From positions 186,001-250,000 of the forward strand of contig NMRA01000345.1 in the NCBI GenBank assembly GCA_002633005.1: a stretch of DNA of 64,000 nt, read 5' to 3'. The DNA comes from Phoronis australis. Its lineage: Eukaryota > Animalia > Phoronida. A program made the translations under genes and the position numbers. Position 1 is the first letter of the stretch. The number at the start of each line of letters is the position of its first letter. The notes beneath the pieces were generated by a model. The model did no database searches and had not been told where the DNA came from. It saw only the letters and a program-made list of their open reading frames with translations. This document shows, in pieces, positions 22,501 to 34,500 of this stretch.

Positions 22501-25500
22501 GGTGATTCGTAATACTTTAGTTGTAATCTGACAAAAATGTTCGAATATACTTAAACAAATAAGTTTGCAACAAAGTGACCATGCCCTGGCATTGAAAAAC
22601 GGAGCTAGAGGAAAGTATTATCACCTACCTACCAACCTCCCTACCAGGGAGGTGAGGAAAGGGCGAGAGGTAACAAAAAACATTTAAGCTACATCTTTGT
22701 AAAGTAACGGTAGAGCGGGGAAAAGGCATCCTATGGATTCGTTACAGGTTCGTCCCCTCCATACCTGATGGGAAGGGAGGTGTAAAGCAGCAGCTTCAGC
22801 TGACGTGTCTTTCTTAATGGGTGAAGAGAATAGAAAAGTCTCGCTCTTTGACGGGCTTGAATCCGGCTGCACCGTGTTCGTTGCCAACGAGGTGGTTGAA
22901 ACAGAGGCAGCCTGCTTGTGGCCACTGTCTGGCTTCGTGGTCAGGAAGAGAGGGGTAAAATTGAACCCGGACATGGAGTTTATGGGCAGAGTAACCCCTG
23001 TTGGCAGGTCCGGGGCTTCCACCTTCAAACAGAGAAAGAATACGATAGAGTACAACACACCACTCGGTACAATTTGTGGTAGCAACAGTATGAAGAATGG
23101 TCAGTTGCGATTACACCATACCGCCAACCATCAGAAATTACACTACCACAATTACATGGACAGTGAACAGAGATAACGGACAAAGAGCAGCTGACAGAAC
23201 TACTTTTTGGTGAAACGATTAAAACAGGCTTAGGATGTCTTTGACATATTGCTTGCTTGCTTTACGGTTACGCAGAGCCTTATTGAGAAGTTTCGCCTAT
23301 TTAGCCAAATAACTACAAAACTATAGATAGTAACTCGATAAAACAATGTATTTTCTGAAAGTAAAAAGCCTTAGAATTTGATCTTTACCTTTTGCCGATT
23401 TGCTATTCATTGGGTCATGTGACCATGTGTTTTAAGTAAAATTTAGCAAAAAAAGGGACATTGCAGACAAAACAACTAAATATCAATAACATGATGAAAT
23501 TTGACGACAATGTTCAAGATAAGATCACAAAAATGCTGTTACCGTTGTCTAAAACATCATTTCATTTTCGTTTCATGAAAATCATCAGTCATATTTTGAT
23601 AGCCCCTCATGCAGAAGTGGAGGAGTTCAAAAACAATTCCAAACAGTGTTGGGGACCAGTGCATAAAGCACAGAACAGGAAAGTTACATACGAATATGAT
23701 CAGCCATTTCTCTGATACGAAATTGGCCATATTAGACCATTTTCTAGGGTCCTTCATAATCTTAACCAATCTCATGGTGACCAAAATAATGAAGTTCATA
23801 CATGTGTGAGAGATTTCAGCCTACATGGCTAAACCCAAACACTACACACCATGTCTTCATCCTCCATTTTCCTAACAGAGTAGTGTTGCGTTTTCTCTCG
23901 TTTCATCTTACCACCTGATTTTGCAGTCACTCTGAAACAGCCACAAACAGGCAGTTAAAGCTGCATCTCCTCTCATGTACACAAAAAGCTAAAAAATAAA
24001 AAACTAGGTTACTTTCATATATAAAATGGGCATCCAGCGTTTCAAGTTGACTTGATTTCCTTTACCATGAGGACAGACCACTGACAAGTCGAAAACCACT
24101 TCAGAAAATGAGCATATTTCCCTGAGCTGGCTGGCCCACAGTTTGAACATAGTGCTTCTGTTGATGGTCTGAGTGTTATTACTAGGAACACAAATCTAAT
24201 ACATGACCAAAACAGATTGAGTTACCGTTATAACAGGATTCACACATACGATTACTTGTCAAACTAATGAATAGGTTTGCCCTTGTTTATATAGAGTCCA
24301 AATGTACTAGTTGTCATATTTCTAAGACTGAAGAAATCATTATAAAACTGTAAGCTACCAACAGAAGTGAGCCTTACCCAGCACTTGAGTTTCCTGAAGT
24401 TGCTTTGTCCGTATCTTGACCTCTGACCTTCAGCAAGGGAGACGAGTGTGTGGCGGGGGGTAGATAGTGTCGACCCACTGACGCCGGCCTGGGAGTGGTC
24501 CGTCGAGACACGGGAGGACCACTGGCCACCATGGACTGGACAAATAACAAAGGGGAAACTGGAGTTAGTGCAAAGTAACGTGGCCGTGCTCTAGAAACTC
24601 GAACTTGGAAAAAATAAGTTTTGTAACGAGTAAAAAACACTGTTATCAAAACAAATCTAGTGCGTAAAACAACTTAACAAGACAAAGCGCAGACACATCC
24701 CGTCAACTACAAGTAATTATACAAAATACTGTATTAGGGCAGCAAAGCTCTCATGACGAAATGGCTTTGCTACCTTAACTTCAGGGTTTGGAAAGACCCA
24801 TGACAAAACAACAAATAAATAGCCTGATGTAAAAGAAATTTTTTTGTGTAGTAAAATTTAACTGCAAGAATCGTTTTTTGCATGAATAAAGTCAAAGAGA
24901 AAAATAATAGGAAATTGAAACCAAAAAAGAGGAAATCCTCTTAAGAGAGGAAAATTCTAAGTCCTGTAACATTCCTGTCAATTCCCTTTATGTTCAGACA
25001 TGAGAGAAGACTACAATTGTGACAATGAATTTGGCTTCCTCCTAGTTGTCACGGCAGGAAATTCCAGGTCATTATATCCGAGTAATTTCGCCTTGTTCCT
25101 TGTAAACATTTGAACACTAGTAAAAGCTTAAGGTGGCTTTGCTATGACATGTAATGAAGGGAAGACGAAATCAGCCTGATCGATGTGGTAACATATTGAT
25201 GCAACTGCAGAACTTATTGCTAAATAAGAACAGTATGCAAGGTCACCTAAATGTGCGTTGCATTTGAAAATTCACTAGCGTATGGTGCTAACAATGAAGT
25301 GTATGCATGCCACAATCACTTTTTAGCATAAAAACACTGTGCAATACATGCTATGCTTACATACAGTTGTATGGGCACTTATACTGAACAAAATCAGAGC
25401 TAAATCCAAGCCTACCTCTGACGGCGTTCGTGATGCAGACTGTCTCAGATAGGCAGGCCTTCTGTTGTAACTAGATGGCTGAAATGAACCACACAAAAAT

Positions 25501-28500
25501 TAGCATATTCAGGCCATGACAGCCGACTAATAAGCCTTTTCAGCTGGGTTTTATTTTAAATTTTACCAAATTTATGATCCTCTATTCATCTTGGACCTAT
25601 ACATCACTGCCTGTACATATATACTTTGACTCTATTGTCAAAAAATCACAGTAAAAACGTAGGTTGTATATTGACGTGGTCACCAATACGTAGAAAAATC
25701 CCCAATGATCTTAATAAGCTCTCATTTATCAGGATTTCAAAATGCCTATGAGTGTAACAATATTTTTGAAGAGAAATAAATGCTCAATTTTGTAAACCCA
25801 TGCACAGTGATTTCAGGAACTAAAAGTATATAGAATATGAGTAACTCCGTAAGAGTTGGCAACACTGCTCTCAGTAGTTGGCAGTACTACCGCTCTATCG
25901 ATACCAACTTTGAGATTTTTACGGACATACTTGGGCCCCGCCACATTTGTGGCTGGAAAAGGCTAAGAAACAATACTCCCAACACATTTCAGATTTAACA
26001 TCCTGTACCCCTACAGGGACTAGTTTCATTAAAATGTTGAAATTTCACATCGTCTTTAAACAGAGTACAAACGGAGACTGATGCCAAAACTGGTGAAAAA
26101 TAAGTTACATTTTAGTGAAACAGGACATTAGACTTAAAGTAAACAGAACATTAGATATGAAGACAAAAGATCAAGTCCATGGTTCTTTTTTTCAGTACTT
26201 GTTTCTATATTGCATGCATTTTTCTATGCTGTCAGTCATAAAGCAATAGATTTTCAAGTCTTTAAGTCTGCTAGAACCCGAATCCGAAGTTTTATATACT
26301 CACGGTGAATTGCAAAACTGAATCTTCTAGGCTCGACTGATTTGAAGGAATCTTCCTAGCATCCTGTTGTGATACAAAATAAAACACATAACATATACAA
26401 TTATTATCTAACATATTCAACCAACCAACCAACCAACCAACAACTCTATCACATTCAGAGAAGATATCTCACAAAGAAACAACGAACTTCACTTCACAAA
26501 ACTATCAGATCCAGCAGACAGTTCGGCAAATTTATGCACCGTAGAGCGTAACACCGCGTACCGCGAGAGGAGTAGCCATTTTCTCCAACGTTTCGAGAAT
26601 TCTCTTTGCGGTGGAGCTAGTGGTGGCCGAAGACTCGGAGGAAGTGGTCAGCTGCTTCACCTTTACCTGTCGTCGGGCAGGTGACGACTGAAAGAGAACG
26701 GTGTGGGTGAATGAAAGTCACATGGATCAAACAGGCAGTCATAGCACATTAACAATACGAGACACTATGACGTAAGTTAAATCAACTGATGCCAATGACA
26801 TTTCTCGTGCTCAGTCCAGTTGAATCCAACTCCTGCGAGTTTTACTGTAGTGTATGACGACCATGCAGAATGTGAGCCAATCAATACAAACCTGATAGGG
26901 GGCAGCAGCACCGAGCCTAGACCTTCTGAGAGAGGATGCCCCTCCATAGGTTGTCTTCCCGGGGTAGAAAGGAGACTGCTTGTAGTCTGATCCTACCTGA
27001 GACGACCGATCCACCTGAAAAATAGGGTTTACGGGTTTAATTGGAGGTTACCACAATATGAAACATACGCGATTCCCTGAAAAAATCCTTTTGCACTTGA
27101 ATTCACAGCTACGTTAAGTGGTGAGTTTTGGAAAGGATTAGACGGGTGAAAAATAGCACCGTATTGGTATTTCAATTGACCGACAACCATGACACTCACA
27201 AATGATTAGGGTAAGCCAATGACGACTTGTACAGAGGACGCAGTGTGGCCTGGTTGATAAGTGCCCGCTTTCTTTACTCGAGGTCGTGGGTTCGAGTCCC
27301 ACTAGGTCACACTGCTAAACCCTTGAGCCAGGTTTCTAGCTCCTCAGCTCGGTTTTAACGATATATTAATAAAGCATAAAAATATTTCCAGGTGATCAGT
27401 GCAATGGGCCCACATGCGAGGCCTGCGCACGTCTGGTACAACGTGTATCAGACCGCCTGCAATTATTTTTTTTAATGACGACTTGTCATCAAAAAAGTGA
27501 AACACAAATATGGTACAGTGAAATTTCACCAATTTCAGACAAAATCAGTCAAAATTGAACTTTGTCCTTTTTTCAGTTGCTTCTAACACCGTTGTGAATG
27601 TCCGTAATTTTTTCAACATACTGTTTGTTGATTAGTATGGGACAGAACTTGAATAAGGCACAGCATCAGAATTGGCATTGTGCCCAATTTATAAAAAACG
27701 TGAAAATAAAATTCCACTGCTACTAAACTGGCGAGACTTTACCATATTAGACGACTGCTGCGTATTTCCATGGTAATGTCAATTTCGGTTATAATTTGAA
27801 CTTACAATACTCGACGTGGCAAATGATGACACAGTGAATGACGGCCTGTTCGAGAAGGAGACCTCCTGCTGCGGATGACGCGATGACTCATCACTCCACA
27901 AGGTTCGCGACTTGTCCAACAACTGGGAAGAGTTGGAGACTGAAAACAAAAGAGCAAAACACAAACTTGTAATTACTGTACAAAATGGTCAGAAACAGTT
28001 TTGGAATGGGACAAATTTCGATTAACGCCTCCTGCGGTTGATTTAACCATCGTCAAAAATAGAATCGATAGTTGAAATTGAGGCATGAAGTGATGCAACA
28101 CATTTTGAAAGGACACAACATTAATTTTTGACAGAATAGACTTAGAGGAAACTTAAGTCAGTCAGTATTGATGGCAATGCAGTTGAAGGGGAGTGCTGAG
28201 CCTTAAAATCTGAGCATTGTGAATCAAACTTAAAACAAAATGGCTCAACGTTAGAGACAAAATTCATGAGTGCGGCCACATAAAACGGCAGCGTGACGGA
28301 CACGCATCTCGTGAAAGCACTTTGTTCCATGCACAAAGACGCACATTCACAGAATCCCCTATAAGTAAGTCTCTCCCACTCTCACCACTACCTTTAGACA
28401 TGTTCCTCGCACCCCTCTCCTCGTCTGGTTCCAGGGGAGTCAACTCCTTGTTCAGCTGTTCCAACTTCCTGTCGTCCAGCTTCAATATTTCCTTCTGGTA

Positions 28501-31500
28501 GTCTCTCTTGTCCGCCTGTGGTGCCATCGACGAAACAACACTATTGGACACGTCACTGGACTCTGACACGTTGTCATCACCTGCAAATGACGACTCACCA
28601 TAAATCTTGGCAGTGGAGAGCCAGGATATTCAAACAGCTTTACCTTTGAAAACAGGTGTTTTGGAGTGGAATCCTTCACTCCGTTTTCTCAACATGACAG
28701 GTCAGTGTCCTTAATTACATGCGATAAATCCCAGGGCTTGGAATGACCAATGACAGAAAACGCGGAAACTTTTACGACCCAAAACATGCGCGCTACCCAG
28801 CCTTGAAATAGTCGATGTGAACCTTTCGCCGACAAAAAATCGGTAGGACTAAAAAAAAACGTTACCACCATCAGTAGCACGCGTCTGCGTCTTTTTATCT
28901 CGTCCATCCACTCCTCCACTCCCACCCCCACACATTTTTGGCTGCAGAGCCGTAGTATTTGTCACCGCTATTTACAATCACACGAGACGCCATTCAAAAT
29001 CCCACCACGCTATCCCAGATGCCCCGGCAATGTTGACAATTTACGTTCCTCCGAAACATAAAGAGCAACTTCCGCTTTTCGAGGTGAACGTCGTCGGCAA
29101 TGCCGCGGTAAGAAAGGAATTTGCCGCGGAAATTTTATATCAAATCCGATTTTTTTTAACGCGGAAATATAATAAAATGCGCGGACAGAACATTTGAAAA
29201 AAGTGGAAATCCGCGTTTCCGCGGAAAATTCCAAGCCCTGAAATCCACAAACTGAATTGAGCTCATTGATTGCTTTAACAGAAATAATTTACCACCGATG
29301 AATTGCCTTATTCCCATTTGAAATGAGCGATTTCAGCTAGACCTAAATTAGCATTGCATGGGACTTCAAAGTGTGCCTGTGGGTGTGCATTCTGCATTGC
29401 TTTGGTTTTGTGGAAATATTTAAGTTTTGAAATAAGGTAAGGTAACTATTTTACCTATGTGCTATAGCACTGCCAACAATAGACTTCTTAAGTTATTATT
29501 TTTAATGTATTTAATCGTCTCAAACTTACTTTTGAGTGAAGCTTATGAAATTAAAACTTCGCCTTTACTGTCAAAACTGAGTTTGTTACAAAAAAAATTG
29601 AAAATCAATGCACAGACATATTCTCTTCCAAAATACTTTATGTTAGGTTAACATAATTCTGCAAATACTAAGTCACTATCTTGTATCCTTAAACCCATAA
29701 ATGTGTAAGTACGAAACATGTTATTTGAAAAACTTTTGGGTGCAATAACTCCAAAAAACCACCAATGTTTCTCAATTTTCCCGCATTTTGAGCACCAGTT
29801 TTCTCCACAGAACAAATGATTCTTGAAAACCGGGTCCCTAATTAGTGACTACCGCCCATCACGGTACCAAATTAGTGTTTAGAACTTATTCGGTCACTTT
29901 GTACTTCTCAGAACAAAAATGGACTCACCATTTTCAATAGGAGTTGCCCGACCGCTAGTCTTAGCAAAAGTGAACGGCAGCGGAGTCTGATTGACAGGTG
30001 CCATGTCATCAACGTCTGGTGCTACATATCGATTGGTCTTCATCAAGGGTTTACCAAACACCGTCTTGGGTGGAGTCACTAGTCTGCTCGTCTCACTGAA
30101 GTTGGGCTTGGAAAGGGGGACCATAGGTGTGGAGGTGGTAGCTTGCACATGACTGGGCGCCTGAGGTAGGGTGGCTAAGAATGATTCGCCGACTCCTTCC
30201 GACTGTCGCGAGGAACCCACTCCGGGGCCGTCAAATGACTGAGGATTCTTTTTCACACTGGACACAATGTCAATCAACCATGATGGTGAAAGCACTTCTT
30301 TCACAGAATCCTTAATGCGATTCAGAAGAGACTGAAATGACAAAGGTAAACTATAAAATACTGGGTAAAAAGGAATATAGAAAACATTGATGTTCAAAGT
30401 ATTTCAAGTGTAATTAACAAGTGAAGTCACCGGCTTCGATTCCAGTGAGTGTCTGGCAGATAACGGCGAAAATTGGTGATTTGCATAAATAAAGTCATAA
30501 AAACACATTTATGTTGCTTTAGATCTGGTCAAAGTTTATAGCTTGAAGACGTCTATCCTATACATCAATAATCATAAAAATGCATTTTCCGGATATAAAA
30601 TCGATAATGTCTCTTTGAAAAACACAAACTTTGAGCTGGGAGACTTGTTTTCTAACTCAGTCACCCAGCTGACGACTGGGCTTTTGAGGCCTAGGTACAT
30701 CTCTGTAAATACAAACAGGAACAGAAAGTAGAAAATAACTAAAGTGACATCATAGAGGGAATTCTATTGCCAACCAAAAATCTAGCTTCAATGAACGCAA
30801 TCAGTTTCCACCAGCCCTTTTTCTAAGCGCTAAATCATCCCACTCAACAACTTCCTGTTAGCAAACACGCGTATTATCTAGAAAACAATTTATATATACA
30901 GCAACGACTGTGATCTCCATACTTTTTGCAAATTCTAAGCTGCATAGCATAAACGCAAAATTTGCTCACAAAAAAGCTTGTGTGATCACTGAACATTTCT
31001 AGTAAAGCATGACATATGGTGTAAAATCCACCTGCTGATCGAGTGAAATTCTGGAATTTTTAATTTTACCTGGGATGCATTCTGGCGCAAGTCTACGGAA
31101 AATCATGCAAATCTTTATGAGATCAGTGCTCGACGCCTAACTCATCACCAAGTCGCATTTGGTGACCTGGCAAAAATCTCAAGTCGCTAAAATTGAAAAT
31201 CCAGCAGACCAAATGAGCACGAGGGCTGTCGATCTGGCGTAAAAATCGCTGCCTAACGAAAGCCGAACAGTTTTAAGAGAGGTCCATTTTCTAGCGCATA
31301 CGTCCGTACATGCATACATCCCACATTCATTCGACTTACGAACTTTGTTCGCAGATGACTGCATGGACTGGAACTTCAATGATCTTGCCCGATTTTTGCT
31401 GAGCAGTTCCAACTTCCTGTTATAAATTGGGCGCGTTTCATGTGTGTAGACTAATGTGGTGCCAAATGCATTGATTTCACAAAACAAAAGGAACAAGTTT

Positions 31501-34500
31501 GAATCAAAAGAAATGAATCGAGAAAAACTGTTAATTTAAAGTTTGGAAGTCAACATGATCTTTGAAATGAATTTATAGGGAATTATTGTCTGGCTCTGAT
31601 ACTCGCAGTGGTCGCATTGGCAACCCACAAGTGGTCGCATTGGCAACCCGCAGTGGTCGGATTGGCAACTCACAGGTCACCAAATCGAGCATTGGAGATA
31701 TTGCCAGCCCTGCAGCCCTCGAGAAGTCTCATTTTTCCACCGTCACTGGCAACACCAAATGTAGAAATGGCGATAAGAAATTCCAGTGTCGCAAAATGGT
31801 GATAACAATGTCTATTAACAACAGATTTTCCCAACAATGGTTCTTTCATGAGTAAGGTGACAAAATTGTACCATGCTGTCCGGCAAATTCGACTGTACAG
31901 GGCGCAGAAAATCAGTGACCAAATTGGATTGCAGCTCAACTAATAATTGTCATGCGGCTCTGTATAACTGCTCGTGTGCAAGCTGTGAAATTTTGAGTCA
32001 GAGTGCAGGTTACTATTTAAAATTCTAATTCAGATGTTTTTTGTGTATGGGATGTTTATGCTTGAGCCTCTGCGACTCGACCAGTTGTTAAAAGGTTTAA
32101 GTGCGGCTATCTTATCTCAACTGCCCAGCGTTGCTCACTGTACCCATTGCGTGAAACATCCCAGCCACCTAGCTGTATATAGACTATTGTCAAAGTACAG
32201 ATAGGTACCACTGTGAGTTGAGCTACGAGGACTTGGAATGACCAATGACAAAAACAGTAAAATTTTCAAGGTGATGCCAGTGTTCTCCACGACCACTTTT
32301 AACGTGTCGCAGCGTCCTGTTTGGCTAAACGCGCGTCCTGTTTAAATGTCCCGCGTCCTGTTTAAAAATCCCGCGTCCTGTTTAAAAATCCCACGACCAG
32401 TTTAAACATATAGCCCTGGACTACTTTGTAAAAAAAGGTGTCATGGTCATTAATAAGGTCTTCACTGGTTCAAATCACCCTTGACAGCAACTGGCCATAG
32501 CCCATTGAAAATGAATAAAGGCCAAGTGGTCAGTTGTGGATAGCCTAATCACCGGTCTCACTCAAGCGGCAGACTGGGCAGCTAGTCTATTTATGGTGTA
32601 ATGCGGCATGTAAATAATCTCTCAATTATCTACTTAATTCATCTGGAACAACTAGTTATAGTCAATTGAATTTAAACAAAGGCCCAGTGGTACCTATAGG
32701 CCTAATCCACTACCTTCTCACTGAGGTGCAGTCGGACATGAAAGTCGCTGATTGTTAGGCCTAGGCTAGGCCTATTCGCTTTTGAAGTCACCTTTTTGTG
32801 TTCAGTGGACAACTAATATTACCCATGAAAATAATTAAAACTTGGTGGTTAGTTCTTCGAAATATATGTTGTCAGCGAAGTATATGTTGTCAGCAAAGAC
32901 ACCACTGCGCAGCAGTTTAGACTACGGCCATCTTCTGGGAGGCCAGAATTTTGGTTTTCGTAGCACATTTTTTCAACAGGGCTCGACATAACGAGCTACA
33001 GGTCGCATTTGCGACTTGAAATTTGAAAATGCGAGCTGAGATTTTTGTCAGCTCGTATAAAGTCGCAAAATGCGACCTGGAATTTCCAACGAATGCGAGC
33101 TGAGTTTTTACACTTCTCAACAGATACCCGTCAAATACGAATCACCTCTTGTTAATCCGATCGTTGTTTGGTTGTTGCCAAATACAAGTTCAAAAGAACA
33201 CTAACGGAGAACAGCCCTCCCGATGACTTGTAAGCAAGCCAGTCGCGTGAACATGGGATATGCAGAATCGATCTTTGACGCGTTTCATTGGCTAACACTT
33301 TCGGCCACTTTTGTAAATTCCCGGATTCGCCGAAGAAAGTTTCGGGCCACTGCTTAACACGTGATAAAACTTCACAAAACAACGGTGTTTNGATGGTTCT
33401 CATTGGTTGTTGTTTGTGTACTTCTCACGTAGATGAATATTATTGGTTACTTTTGGTGTAACAGACTATTGAGATTGACCGAGTTCATCTCGTTGCCTTA
33501 TAAGGAGTTTCGTATGCAGCATGAACATTAAACCTATGGCGCATACTCCCTCTAAAAATCTGCCAAGCATTCGCTAACTCAACTTCGGTGGCCGTGCGTG
33601 ACGTTTGCGATTTCGGGGGAGTATTCCGAGATTTGGGACAGCGAATAACGTCACTGAGTAAAGTTCAAAATATACGTCTCGTGCTGAAAAATTGTAGCCA
33701 AAGTCACGTGCTCTCATTGAAGTCACATGGTGATACCTCGCGAAATCTCACAGAGTCTTGTTTACTTGGCGTAGTCCTTACATTAGTGAACTCCATCCTG
33801 GCTTCCGTTACCAATTGACATGCGCATTCTACATACTTTAATGTCGTCTGCCGCGGGAAGGCGAAGGATCGCTAAGCCTAAGGATTATTTTAAAAACCGA
33901 GTGATGTTTCAGATACTGACGTTGACTCAGATGCAGATACGACAGATAATCCAGGACTGGATGATGGTGATGTTGCCGGGCTCGGTCAACAAATCGCAAA
34001 TATCCGTGTCACGAATGGTACAAACCGACAACGTCAGACATCAACAATACAAATGAATAAAAAGTTGAATAAACACAGTTATTTGGTTGCACTACTGTGC
34101 ATTGCTATTAAAATGCGTGGGTAAAAATTAGGTGCACACTGGCTTATGAAGAACGTTGACCGCCGCGCGGTTCCGGCACGTTGCAGTTTTTACGCGTGCG
34201 ACCTGTTTAGATTTTCAGATGTGGAGAACACTGGATGCATCGTTCCACACTCATCTTACCCGTTGTAGAGATTTAAGGGAAAAACAATCTAATAAACATC
34301 ACTTCCGTGCATAAATCTCTGCCTTCTGTAACAACGAAAAGTCTATCGTAGTTTTGAAANATCTATTTTGGCGGGTAAAAATGGCGGGAAAATTTTGCGA
34401 CCTGGCATTTACGAATGCGAGCTGGATTTTGAAAATACGACCTGGGATTTTGGCTAGGTCGCAAAATGCGACCTGGCGATTTTAATAGCGTCGAGCCCTG

